Shown: in pieces, positions 35,109-48,600 of the stretch
How the letters are laid out: each line of letters starts with the position of its first letter
Position numbering within the stretch: position 1 is the first letter of the stretch
NCBI GenBank assembly: GCA_043228905.1
Contig: JBHGNT010000005.1
Coordinates: 23,312,001 to 23,376,000, forward strand
Direction: 5' to 3'
From: Azolla caroliniana
Taxonomy: Eukaryota > Plantae > Polypodiophyta
Length of the DNA: 64,000 bases
Program-made: the position numbers and the translations under genes
The notes under the pieces: model-generated
Database searches by the model: none
What the model saw: only the letters and a program-made list of their open reading frames with translations
What the model was told of the DNA's origin: nothing

Positions 35109-37222
35109 AAGGCGGCAAAGGAGTCGAAAGATGAGGGGATCGGAGCTAGTAGAGGCAATGGCGGTAGCTGTCGACCGGCTAGTAAGCGCTCGCGAGGGGA
35201 CGAGTACCCTCGACAGAGCCATCGAATGGATCATCGGCACTATAGGCCGGTTCGGAGGGAAAGACGCCACAAGTTATTTGGAGGCTTACCGGGCCGAAAT
35301 GATCATGAGGGATATCCAGGAGGACAAGCGGCTGTCCGGATTCCCTCGGGTGGTGACGCCGAGCATCCATATGGAGGTGCTCGAGGTGTTGGCCGGATGC
35401 CAGACTTAGGAGGAGTTCGAGCTGCAGCTCCTCGAGAAGTACGGGTTTGATGACTCGCTTCGGCTGTCGAGGCGGGATTTCATGGCGTGGGTGGAAAGCT
35501 CCGGAAAAGGGAGGAACACGTCGGCGCTCCTCCAGGAGTTCGAAAAACAGTTCGCGCGGCTATCGACGCTAGACCGAACCGTGCTCGAAACGAGTCGAGT
35601 ACTACTGTTTGTCAAGTCGGTAGACGCGCTCGATAGGGAAAAGGTGGGTCCCCTATTGGAAACGGACGAAGGGCTCACGGTAGACTGGGCCGTGGTAAAA
35701 CGGGTCTGCAGCCGTTTCGACAAACGGCGCGATTGGAGCGATGGAAGCTCGTCGGGGTCAGGGCCAGTCCCGGTGGGGAGGCTCGAGGAGCTGGTATCGG
35801 TGCTAGCCGGTAGGAAGGAAGAGACCCGAATATGGCTGGAGTCGGGGTCAGCATCGAATGAAGTAGTCAGAGGCCCATCCGGAGGAGCGGCTCTGGAGGA
35901 GCTGACACAGATGGTGCGCGATCTGCAGATCGCACAAGCACGAAGAGACAGCGGCGAACAACCTCGCGACCGGAGGCCGCCAGCTGGGCAGCGGTGCATG
36001 TAGTGTGACGTGATCGGTCACATTCGGAAGGATTGCGCGGATTTCGCCGACGCGCTCAGGTCCAACGTGGTGTACCTCTGGAACGGGCGTGTGCACGCGA
36101 GCGAGACCCGGAGAGCCCTAGAACTAAATACGGGGCGCGGTGGAATGAAGAGGTTGATGGAAGAGGCCGCAGCACGACATGTTGAAGCTGTTAACTACTC
36201 TGTGTCGGCGGGAATTCGGGTTGGGGGCGACGAGTCCCAAAAGGTAAAGGACTCTGGATTCTGGCCGCTAGTGCTAGAAGGCTTCTTCGGAGTTCGGCTG
36301 AAAAAGGAAGAGGCGGACCGCGCGGAACAACGGGTCCAGGAGGTCACCGGTTGGGACGATCCGGTCAGAGAGAAAACGGGCTTCGTAGAAGCCGCTTGCC
36401 AGAACTACGAGGTTCTGGTGGAAGAAAACCGGGCAGGAAAGGCCAGGGGGGTGGGCCCCCCGCAGAGGTTTGAGACCCGGTTCGAACCGAAACCGACTAG
36501 TGCTGGCAACCCAGGTGCGCCGGACGAAAAGAAGCAGGCGGGGTTTCGGTTGAGCACCGAAATCGAAAGGACCACAGACCTGTGAAAGGTCCTGGAGGAA
36601 CGTATCCTCGACAGCAAAGTGGAGTTGTCGCTGAGGGAAAAGCTCGGGATCACCAAGGAGTTCCACGACTCCATCGTAGACTTGGTGAAGAGGAAAAGGC
36701 TGTCGACAGAGCCAAAGCCGGAGAAGCCGATGGAAGTGCAAACGACACACATAGAGGACGTGGCCGTAGAAGACGAGTTGGCGGAAAGCCACTACACGAA
36801 GCCGCACTGGGCCAGGGCAACTACGGAAACCCCTATGCGGATCGGCGACATGGATCCGAAATCAACCTGATATCCATGGATTTCTACAAGAGGGGTAAAT
36901 GGCCGATCAACACCAAGCACGGGTGGAAGATACGCGCGGCAACGCGTGCTACAGAGGAGTTGCATGGGGCGTGCCCGAATATACGCGTAAAGGTCAGTGA
37001 CGTCGAGATAGATCAACATTTCTTCATGCAGGAAACATCCTCGCACCCGGCGATTCTCGGCGAACCATACATTACGGCAGCACGCATGGAGACGAAAGTG
37101 CTGGACAACGGTTTGGCGTACGCGCGCATCAAGAGCCAGGACGGTCGGCATTCCATCTAATTCATGACCATACGACCGAACCATGAGAGGAATCGCGAGA
37201 CCCTCGGCGGCGGCAACCGAGG

Positions 37223-37290
37223 GGATTTTTAGAGAGGGCTATCAAGGTGTGGGGCCGCGGTAGCCCGGACGTACCGGAAGAACCCCACAC
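37223..37290 (+). promoter_or_regulatory. Putative -1 frameshift signal between protease and RT
   Basis: G_GAT_TTT then TAG; stem 1 GGGCTATC/GGTAGCCC; loop GTGTGGGG pairs with CCCCACAC 37283-37290. Confidence 0.75.
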
Positions 37291-37785
37291 ATGTACAGTA
37301 GATAGGAAGTTTTGGTTCTCCGAAAACGGAGGTTGTACTATAACCAACGTCAGTGGCCGGGAGAGGAAGCGAGCGGAGCAGCAGCTCAGGGGATGCGAAG
37401 TCCTCTTCCTCGACGACACCTTGGGCGAACTGCCAAAGGTGATCGGTGAAGACCTTAGAGAACACCGGACCGTTCCGGTAGGGTCAATGGGAATGTACGA
37501 AGTCATCGCGGACTTTGGGGAAAGGATCGGGTCGGATTGGACGGCCCGCGTGGATACAAAGCACAAGACTGTGGACCGGAAGGTGAGGCCAGTAGCGGCA
37601 CCCTTCCGGAGGGCAGCGAGGAGCGGATAAAAGGGGTCACGTCGGACCCGAGTTTACGGAATCCGGCTGGCATAGGGCACCAGTTCATCGACATAACGCT
37701 ACGAGAGCTCAAGGTTGGTGGGGGTGGCTTTCTACTGCGGCGGAGGAGGACAGGTTTCGGAGAATGCTCGGAAGGCATAGGAAAG

Positions 37786-37946
37786 TTCACATCCTCACAA
37801 CTTTTGTAGAACCTTTCAAATATATTGCTTATGCTATTTTGGAGTCTTTTTTACGCCAAGACTTGCAATTGTTATGCATCATGAATGTGCAATATCCCCA
37901 AAATAACTCTAGGTTTTATGACAGTGGAATCCGTGTCTTTAGTATT
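37786..37946. other. 161-bp AT-rich foreign insertion flanked by a GGAAAG duplication
   Basis: GGAAAG at 37780-37785 and 37947-37952; absent from sister copies (about 44130 and 49165). Confidence 0.8.
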
Positions 37947-40900
37947 GGAAAGCCTTCGCGTTCTCGCCGGAGGAGATCGGGTGCGTGGACCCGACGATCG
38001 TCGAACCGATAGTGATCTTCACGGAACCGCATGTACCGTGGAATCTGAAACCGATTCTAGTGCCGAGAGCTCACATCCCAAAGTTGATGGAGCTTCTGAA
38101 GCAAAAGGTGGAGATGGGCATCCTCGAACCGTCGAGTGCCCCGTATTCGAATCGGTGGTTTACGATGCCGAAGAAGAACAGCACACTGCGCTTCATTCAG
38201 GACCTGCAACCAGTCAACAAGGTGACCATCCGTAACGCAGGAATCAGACCGACCATAGATGAGTTCGCGGAGGCCTTCGCCTGAAGGTCGATTTACTCTG
38301 TTGTTGATCTATACTCGGGGTACGATCAGTTCCAACTAGCCGTGGAGAGCAGAGACATTACGACGATGTGGACTCCTCTCGGCCTAGTGCGGATGTGTAC
38401 CCTACCACAAGGAGAGACAAACTTAGTGGCTCACATGGTGAACACGATGAACAAAGTGCTCAGGGATTGTATCCCGGACATCACCATGTCATTCTTAGAT
38501 GACATCCCGATCAGGGGATGGCCGATGGAGGAAAAGGACGAGGCAATCGGGCCTGACAGCTGTCGGAATTTCGTGATGACTCACATCGATGACTGCGAGA
38601 AGGTGCTGCAGAGACTAGAAGGCGCGAGGCTCACCTTCTCCAGGGAAAAATCGGCCTTCGGGCAATCAGAGATCATGGTCGTCGGGCACCTACGCAGACC
38701 ATACAGTCAGAAACCGTCTCCGGCCAAGGTGGAAGCCATCTCCGCGATGAAGCAAGACTGCAATTCGGTCACGGAGGTCCGCAGATTCTTGGGAGCATGC
38801 GCGTTCTACCACATCTGGATCCCGCACTACGCACATGTCGCTGAACCCCTCTACGAACTATTGAAAAAGGGGCGTAGCTTTGAGTGGAGGACGGAGCACA
38901 TGGAGTCGGTACAGAGACTAAAGGAGGCGCTTACGGTAGCGTTGGCTCTCCGTAAAGCGGTTTACGGCAAGGACGTTCCCATTTGCGTGACGGTGAACAC
39001 CAGCCCGACCGGGATCGGGTGGATAATCAGTCAGGAGGACAAGGACGACGTACGATTCCCGATCCGGTTCGGGGCGAAGGTATTGAGCGAGCAGCAGCGA
39101 GGATACGCCCAAGTTAAGCGCGAGCTTTGGGGTGTCGTTTCGGCAGTCAAGGCCGACAAGGACTATCTGATCGGGACAGAGGTGATCATCAAGGCGGACT
39201 GCCTGCCGATACTCGGAATGGTTTTCGGATGCGTGACGCCGGACCTAGCAATGCTCCGGTGGATAGCGTACACTAAGTCCCTGAACCCAGAGATATGGCA
39301 CATCTCCGAAAAGAATAACGCCATGGCCGACATGCTTTCGAGTGCAAGGTTCAACGACGAAGACGTGGTTTCGGATGACGAAGAAGTCGGCGAGGACTTC
39401 TTCGGGTCGGCTAACGTAGCGACGAGGGAAAGGGACACTCTGGCGCTTAACGAATTTGACGAAAGCAGGTACGACGGGGAGTGGCTCCAAATCGGGAGGT
39501 TCCTACGGACGATGACACCGGACGCAGCATGGACGAGAGAAGAGGTGAGCCACGTACGGAAGAAGGCGTGCCGATTCTTCCTACGGGACAAGTGCATATG
39601 GAGGCACCCAAAGAAGAGAAACGGCATCCCGCTTCGAGTAGTGACAAAGAAAGAAGAACAAGAGGAACTACTGGCGGCATTTCACGAGAGTCCCTAGGCC
39701 GGGCACCGCGGAACGTGGGCCACGTTCGAGAAGCTGAAGGAGAAGTACTGGTGGTCGGGGCTGTACCAGGACGTGCATCGGTTTGTAACGACTTGCGAAA
39801 GCTGCCAGATGAACTCCATAGTCCGACACCGGGACGAGCTACACCCGACCTACCCGCCTACAGTCCATTTCAAGTGGATGGTGGACCTGGTGACGATGCC
39901 GATGGGAGTAGGACAGATGCGGTACCTGGTGCTTGCACGGGAAGACTTAACGAAGCAGGTGGAAGGCCGTGCACTGCAGAGCAAGACAACCGCGGCGATA
40001 TGCCGGTTCCTGATCAAAGAAGTAGTGTGTCCGTACGAGTGCGTCGAGAGGATCGTGGCGGACCGGGGAGAGCTGGATGCGCGGGAGGCTGAGGAGCTGT
40101 TCGATCGGCTAGGCGTCAAACTCTCCCTCACTACGGCGTACAATCCGAAGGCGAACGGAAAGGTAGAACGTGGGCACGGGCCGATCGTAAAGGCGTTGGT
40201 GCGTGCATGCGGAGGGCAGGTCGGGAATTGGCCGTGACTCCTTCCTTACGCACTATGGGTGGACCGAACTACGCACAGTTCGGTGACAGGGTTTATGCTG
40301 GCTGAGCTGATGTACGGATAGAAGCCGATCATGCCGGTGGAACGGACGGTTTCTTCATGGGGGGCGGTAGATTGGAAGGATGAAATGAGCCGGGAGGAGT
40401 TGTTGGCGGCACGGATTCAGCAACTCGAGCGGAGGCCGGAGGACGTGAAACGGGGGAAGGAAAAGTTGCGAGCGGCAAGGGAATAGAACAAGAACCTGTT
40501 CAACCGGATGCACCGGTTGCGACCAAAGAAGATCGAGGAAGGCGACTGGGTCTTGGTATACGACAGTAGCCTCGACAATCAGCACAAGGCGATGCGAAAG
40601 TTCGCTAGAAGATGGTTCGGGCCCTACACGGTGACGAGCGCGAACAACAACGGCACGTACCACCTCGCGGAGCTTGACGGGACACAGTTAGCAGTGCCGA
40701 TGTCCGGGAAGCGGATCAAAGCGTTCAAGAAGCGGTTCGAAGACGAGCTGGAGCCTGCGAGCGGGATCGACAACGACGATCAGTTTGGGCCCGGCGGAGA
40801 ATCGGAGAACGACGAGTGACGCTGGTTTTCTTCGGTATCTACCCGTCTCTGGCGCATGTCGGTGGATGCGCGGTTTGGTGGGGGTGGATGTCGTGAAGAA

Positions 40901-41454
40901 AACCGGCCATAGGCGGAATCATACAAAAAGGCGCATGAACCGGCTCTTACACGGATGGACGCGTGAATTGATATCTTGATATTGATTCCTAAATGGATCG
41001 GCGGATGTAAATACCAAGTAGTACACATTTATTAGGGGATTGTGCGTATCTCTGTCAGGAAGGGACAGGGAATAAAGCGATTTGACAAGGGAAAAAGGGG
41101 CACCCCCTTTTGGGAACTATTTAAGGAGAGGTAAGTGGGAGAAGGAGATATCGCGCGTTGGCGAGGACGAAGTGCTGATGCAGAACCGAGTGTCGAGCTC
41201 TCTCTTCTCCTCCTCCGATCGTCCTTCTCTGTGGGTGTCGGGAGTTCGCTGCCTCTGCTTCGTTGACAGCCCGTGTGCTTCAAGCAGAGGTTCTCCCCTT
41301 TTTGTTTCATGCAGTCGTGTGGTTGTCGTCTGTGTGCGTGAGTAGGACCTCGTGTCAGGTCCATTACCGGGTTGCCGGTTATAACTGTTCGAGTTGTAAG
41401 CTATTGATTATAGTAATCAGATTCCTGTTTTCTTGCCCTTAATTTCTCTCTGTG

Positions 41455-41507
<53 letters not shown>

Positions 41508-44500
41508 TTGGTCCAAGACCCCCGTGGTCCCGCGTCTTCCTACACGCGAACGCAAACTTCGTGACAACGCGTCCACCGGTACGTGCCAGATACAACACTT
41601 GCCAGAGAAAACCGGCCCGCTATCACCCGTCGCTGCCCGAATCATCATTCGTTTCGAGCCGGTTGTCGTCGTCAATTGCGCATTCCGGGTTTGGCTCTTC
41701 CTCTTGCCGCTTCTTGAATACCTTGACCCTTTTCCCTACTACCGGCACCACCATCCGTGTCCCGTCGAGGTCCGCGAGATGGTACGTGCCGTTGTCGTTC
41801 GCACTCGTTACCGCATAGGGCCCGAACCACCTCCTCACAAACTTACGCACCACCTTGTGCTGATTGTTGAGGCTGATGTCGTACACTAGCACCCAGTCAC
41901 CTTCCTCGATCTTCTTCGGCCTCAGTCGGTGAGTACGGTCGAACTGACCTTTGTTCTTTTCTCGTGTTGTACGTAGCCTTTCCTTCGCCCACTCCACGTC
42001 TTCCGATCTTCGCTCGAGTTGTCGGATTCTTGCTGCCAGCAACTCTTCCCGGCTCATCTCATCCTTCCAGTCCATCGCGGCCGACGAAATGATTGTTTTC
42101 TCCGCCGGCATGATTGGCTTCTGCCCGTACATCAGCTCCGCTGGCATGAACCCCGTCACCAAACTGTGCGTAGTTCGATCCGCCCATAGTGCGTAAGGAA
42201 GGAGCCGCGGCCAATTCCCGGCTTGTCCTTCGGATGCACGTACTAACGCCTTCACAATGGGCCCGTGACCACGCTCTACCTTCCTGTTAGCCTCCGGATT
42301 GTACGCCATAGTAAGGGAGAGTTTGACCCCCAGTTGGTCAAACAGCTCTTCAGCCTCTTGCGCGTCTAGTTCTCCGCGGTCGGCCACGATCTTTCCCACG
42401 CACCCGTACCGGCACACCACTTCTTCGATTAGAAATCGGCACACGGCCGCTGTCATTTTGTTCTACAACGCTCGGCCTTCCACCTGGTTCGTCAGGTCCT
42501 CCCAAGCCAGCACAAGATATCACATCTGCCCTACCCCCATCGGCATAGTCAATAAATCCACCATCCATTTGAAGTGGACGGTCAGTGGATAGGTTGGATG
42601 AAGCGTGTCTCAATGCTAGACTGTAGAGTGCATCTGGCAATTCTTACAGGTTGTCACAAAATGATGCACGTCCCGGTACAGCCCCGGCCACCAATACTTA
42701 CCCTTGAGCTTCTTGAATGTGGCCCATGTCCCGTGGTGTCGGGCCTAGGGACTCTCGTGATATGCCGTAAGCAACGCTTTCTGCTCGTCTTCCCTCGCCA
42801 CTACGTGGAGTGGCGTGCCGCTATGCTTCTTCGGATGCCTCCATATGCGTCCTCCTCGTAGGAAGAATCGGTACGCCTTCTTCCGCACCCGATTGGCCTC
42901 TTCTCTAGTCCACTCCGTATTCGGCATCATCATCCGCAGGAACCTTCCTATTTGGAGCCACTCCTCGTCGTATTCGCTCTCGTCGAACTCGATAAGCGTC
43001 GGAGTGCTCCTCGTCCTAGTTGCCACGTTAGCTAACCCGAAGAAGTCCTCGCCAACTTCTTCGTTATCCACCTGAGCATCGCCAGGTCCGGAGTCGCACA
43101 TTCAGAAACCATACCTAGAATCGGTAGGCAGTCCATCTCGATGATCACTTCCGTCCCGATCAGATAGCCCTTGTCGGCCTTGGCTGCCAAAACGATACCC
43201 CATAGCTCGCGCTTAATTTGGGCGTATCCTCGCTACCACTCGCTCAATACCTTTGCCCCGAACTGGATCGGGAACCGTACGTCGTCCTTGTCTTCTTGAT
43301 TGATCACCCACACGATCCCGGTCGGGCTCGTGTCCACCGTCACGTAAATGGGTTCTACCTTCCCCGGGGACGGCTTCCGGCCGTAAGGCCCGCATAGGTG
43401 TCTGACTACCAGGATCTCCGGTTGTCCGAAGGCTAATTTTTCTCTGGAGAAGATGAGCCGTGCGCTCTCAAGTCTATGTAGCACCTTCTCGCAATCGCGG
43501 ATGTGATCCGTCACGAACCTCCGGCAACCATTAGGCCCGACCGACTCGTCCTTGTCCTCCACCGGACATCCTTTGATCGGGATGTCGTCTAGAAACAGCA
43601 TGGTGATGTTCGGGATGCAGTCCCTCAACACCTTGTTCATCGCATTCACCATGTGCGCCACCGAGTTCGTCCCCCCTTGCGGTAGGGTATACATCCAAAC
43701 AAGGCCGAGAGGAGTCTGCATCGTCATGACATCCCTGCTCTCTACGGCTTGTTGGAACTGATCGTACCCTAAGTACAGATCCCCAACCGAGTAGATCGAC
43801 CTCCCTGCGAAGGCCTCCGCGAACTCATCAATGGTCGGTCCGATACCTGTGTTTCGAATGGTCACCTTGTTGATCAGTTGCAGGTCCTGTATGAAGCGCA
43901 GTGTGTCGTTCTTCTTTGGCACCGTAAACCACCGATTCGAATATGGGGCACTCGACGGTTCGAGGATGCCCATCTCCACCTTTTGTTTCAACAGCTTCAT
44001 CAACTCCGGAATGTGAACTCTAGGCACCGGAATCGGTTTGAGATTCCACGGTACGTGCGGTACCGTGAAGATCACCATCGGTACGATCGTCGGGTCTACG
44101 CACCCGATCTCCTCCGGCGAGAATGCGACGGCTTTCCCGTGCCTTCCGAGCATTCTCCGAAACCGGTCCTCCTCCGCCGGCAGTAGAAACCCACCCCCAC
44201 CAACCTTGAGCTCCCGTAGCGTTATATCGGTGAACCGGTGTCCTATGCCGACAGGATTCCGTAAACTTGGGTCCGACGCGACCCCCTTTATACGCTTCTC
44301 GCTGCCCTTCGGCAAGGGTGCAGTCTTGTACTTCGTACTTATGCAGGCCGTCCAATCCGACCTGATCCGTTCCCCAAAGTCCGCGATGACTTCATACATT
44401 TCCACTGAGCTGACCGGAATCATCCGGTCTCCGCTAAGGCCCTCATGGACTACACCGCATAGCTCTCCCAAGGTGTCGTCAAACGAGACCACCTCCACAG

Positions 44501-44640
44501 CGCCACTAATTCGTTCATCGGGGTGGAGAGCCCCGCATGACCTGAGCCGCTCCTCCACCTTCTTCTTCTCCCTGCTACTGATGCCAGTTAATGTACAACC
44601 TCCGTTGTCGGAGAGCCAAAATTTCCTACCTATGGTACAA

Positions 44641-44708
44641 GTGTGGGGTTCCTCTGACGTGTCCGGACTATCGTAGCCCCACGCCTTGATAGCCCACTTT
44701 AAAAATCC
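44641..44708 (-). promoter_or_regulatory. Putative -1 frameshift signal (element A)
   Basis: GGATTTT-TAAAGT-GGGCTATC..GTGGGG..GATAGTCC..CCCCAC; the protease ORF ends RGDF*. Confidence 0.72.
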
Positions 44709-45684
44709 CCTCGGCTGTCGCCACCGAGAGTCTCACAGTTACGCTCATGATTCGGCCTCACGGTCAGAAATTGGATGGAGTGTCGTTCGTCTTGACTCTT
44801 CACACGCGCGTATGCCGAGCCATTGTTGAGCACTTTTGTCTCCATGCGTGCTGCCGTGATGTACGGTTCGCCGAGTATCATTGGGTGTGAGGCCGTGTGT
44901 CGGTCTATCTCGACGTCGCCGATCTTCACGCGTACATTCGGGCACGCCCCGTGCAGCTCCTCCGTAGCGCGGGTCACCGCGCGTATCTTCCAGCCGTGTT
45001 TGGTGTTGATTGGCCATTTCCCCTTCCTGTAAAAGTCCATGGACATCAGGTTGATCTCGGATCCATGGTCTATTAGCGCCAGGTTCGGCTCTTGCACATC
45101 CCCCATCCGGACAGGGGTCTCGGTAGTGGCTCTGGCCTAGTGTAATTTAGAATAATGGCTTTCCGCCAACTCGTCCTCCAAGGCCGCATCCTCTAAGTGC
45201 GTAATCCACACCTCTACGGGCTTCTCCGGTTCCAGTTCCGCGAAGAGCCGTTTGCGCTTCACCAAGTCCACAATGGAGTTGTGGAACTCCTTCTTCAGTG
45301 ACAGCTCCACCTTGTTATTGAGGATCCACTCTTCGAGGACCTTCCGTAGGTCCGTCGTTCTTTCTATCCGGTATGCCGGAATTGCCGGAATTGCCGGCGT
45401 CACTCTTTTTCGGGCCGGACCGAGTGTCGTACCGTTGCGAGGGACCGGCCCCTCCAGCCTTTCCCACGCACTTGTCTTCCACCAGAACCTTGTAGTTCTG
45501 GCATGCAGCTTCTACGAAGCTAGACTTTTCTTCGACCGGGTTGTCCCACCCGGTGTCTTCTCGGATTCACTGCTCCGCACGGTCTGCTTCTTCCTTCTTC
45601 AACCGGACTCCGGAGAGGCCTTCTAGCACCAATGGCCAAAACCCGGAGTGGCTTGCCTTCTATCCTTCATTGCCCCCGACCCGG

Positions 45685-48600
45685 TGTCGCGTTACTACGC
45701 GCGTGCGTGGAGAAACGAGGCGGAACCACCGGGGTCTTGAACCGAAGAGTAGGTGATAGAAGGGGAAAGAGAAAGAGAGAGACGCTCGGTTACGTATGAG
45801 CAAAGTAACACAGGGACACGGCCCATCAACGCAGAAGACACGAATGGACACAGAGACAGAGAGACACGAATGTTTGTATATTAAAGAATGACAAAAAAAA
45901 AACAACAGAGCGCGCGAGCGGTTACAACCGAACAGGCCGGCGAACAGATGTCGATGCCTGTTCGTCTGTGCACGAAAGGGGATAGGATGGAGGTGCTGCC
46001 AGAAGCACACGGGCGTTCCTCGAAGCAACGCGAGCCTCCCGAAAACCTGCAGAGAAGAGCGATGGAGAACCAATCAGAGGAGAAGCGTTCGGTTTCGGTC
46101 CGACAGCACTTCGTCCTCCTCAATGCGCGATCCCCCTCTGCCCGCGTCTCCCTCTCTTTTATAGCTTCCAGAAGGGAGCCGTTTCCCTCATTAACTTCCT
46201 ACCTACCGAATCTAACTACCCAAGATATACCTTTGTACCTAATTCTCTATTATTTACATTAAAGGGCGCGCACGCGTGAAGAGCCGGTTCACGCGCGCTA
46301 TGCACTGATTGCGCTAAGGGACGGTTTTCTTCACGACATCCGCCCCCACCTAACCGCGCATCCACCGGTATGCGCCAAAATTGGGTTCTGGTTGGAGAAA
46401 ACCTGTCCAGGTTCCAGTTCCTCATCCATCGGTTCGTCCTCCATTTCAGACTGTTCGTCGTCACTGTCCAGGCCTCTTAGATCCGGTTCACCGTCGTGGC
46501 GCTTCTTGAACGCTTTGATCTGCTTCCCTGCTACCGGTATCGCCATCCTCGTACCGTCGAGTTCCGCCAGGTGATACGTCCCGTTGTCGTTGGCGCTCGT
46601 TACCACGTAAGGCCCGAACCACCGCTTTGCAAACTTCCGTGTTGCTCAGTGCTGGTTGTCGAGTCTGCTGTCGTAGACTAGCACCCAGTCGCCTTCCTCG
46701 ATTTTCTTTGGTCGGAGCCGGTGCGTTCGGTCGAACAGGGCTTTGTTCCTCATCCTCGTCGTCCGAAGTCTCTCCGCCGCTCGTTCCACGTCCTCTAGCC
46801 TCCGCTCGAGTTGCCGTATACGCGCCGATAGCAGTTCTTCCCGGCTCATCTCGTCTCTCCAGTCCACTGTCGCCCAAGAGGAGATCGTCCGTTCCATCGG
46901 CATGATCGGCTTCTGTCCGAACATGAGCTCTGACGGCATGAACCCGGTTACCGAACTGTGCGTTGTCCGGTCCGCCCACAAGGCATAAGGTAACAATCGT
47001 GACCAATTCCCGACCTGGCCTCCGCACGCCCGGACTAGCGCTTTGACGATCGGTCCGTGTCCGCGCTCCACCTTCCCGTTCGCCTCCGGATTGTACACTG
47101 TGGTGAGCGAGAGCTTGACCTCTAACCGGTCGAACAGCTCCTCGGCCTCTTCGGCGTCCAACTCCTCGCGGTCAGCCACGATCTTCCCGACGCACCCGTA
47201 CCGGCATATCACGTCCTCGATCAGGAACCGACACATGGCCGCGGTCATTTTGTTCTACAGGGCTCGGCCTTCCACCTGGTTCGTCAGGTCCTCCCGGGCC
47301 AGCAACAGATATCGCATCTGCCCTACGCCCATCGGCATCGTCACCAAATCTATCATCCATTTGAAGTGGATGGCCGGAGGGTATGTAGGGTGAAGCTCGT
47401 CCGATGTCGGACTGTGGAGTGTATCTGACAGCTCTCACAAGTTGTCATGAACCGATGCACGTCCCAATACAGTCCCGGCCACCAGTACTTCCCCTTTAGT
47501 TTCTCGAACGTGGCCCACGTCCCACGGTGTCCAGCCCAGGGGCTGTCGTGGTAGGCCTTCAGCAACTCCTCCTGTTCCTCCTCCATCGCTACTACTCGGA
47601 GGGGATGCCGTTTCTCTTCTTCGGGTGCTTCCACAAGTATCCGTCCCAGAGAAAGAATCAATATGCTTTCTTCCGGATCCGGTTGGCCTCGTTCTTTGTC
47701 CATGACGCGTCCGGCGTCATCGTCCTCAAGAATCCCCCAATTTGCAGCCACTCCCTGTCGTACTTGCTCTCGTTGAAATCGTTAAGCGCCAGAGTGCTCC
47801 CCCCCTCGGTTGTTACGTAAGCCGCCTCGAAGAACTCCACGCGGACTTCCTCGTCCTCCGAAACCATGCCGCCCTCGTCGTCGAATCGCGCCCTCAAAAG
47901 CATGTCGGCCATGGCATTGTCTTTCCCGGAAATGTGTCGTGTTTCCGGATCCAAGGACTTGATGTACGCTATCCACCTGAGCATTGCCAAATCCGGGGTT
48001 GCGCATCCGGAAACCATGCCGAGAATCGGCAGGCAGTCCGTCTCGATAATCACCTCTTTCCCGATCAGATAGTCTTTATCGGCCTTCACCGCCGAAACGA
48101 TACCCCAGAGTTCGCGTTTAACCGTTATGTAGATGGGAGTGCCTTTCTCGTAGACAGCCTTCCGGAGTGCCGAAGCTGCAGCAAGAGCCTCCTTCATCTT
48201 TCATACCAACTCCGTATGCTCGTCTCGCCACTCGAATTTTCGCCCCTTTTTTAGCAACCCGTATAGCGGCTCGGCAACGTGGGCGTAATGCGGGATCCAT
48301 ATGTGGTAGAACGCGCATGCTCCCAAGAACCTCCGTACCTTCGTGACCGAGTTACAGTCGGGCTTCATTGCGGAGATGGTTTTCACCTTAGCCGGAGACG
48401 GTTTCCGGCCATACGGTCCGCATAGATGTCCGACGACCATGATCTCTGATTGCCCGAAGGCCGATTTCTCCCCGAAGAAGGTGAGCCTCGCGTCCTCTAG
48501 CCTCTGCAGCACCCTCTCGCAGTCGTCAATGTGTGTCGCCACGAATTTCCGGCATCCGTCCGGTCTGATCGTTTCGTCCCTTTCCTCCACCGGACATCCC

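Larger units (their letters stand above)
34429..41566 (+). mobile_element. Phygy-like gypsy element B, full-length and decayed
   Basis: LTRs 34429-35086 and 40889-41566; TSD GCGC/ACGC; PBS 35091-35108; PPT GGTGGGGGTGGA; gag from ATG 35131, protease, RT SFLDDIP, RNase H, integrase to 40819. Confidence 0.95.

Noticed and set aside
37785-37952. The 161-bp insertion as a GT-AG intron
   Set aside because: The available GT...AG removes 168 nt, whereas 167 are needed to restore the ancestral sequence; sister copies lack it.
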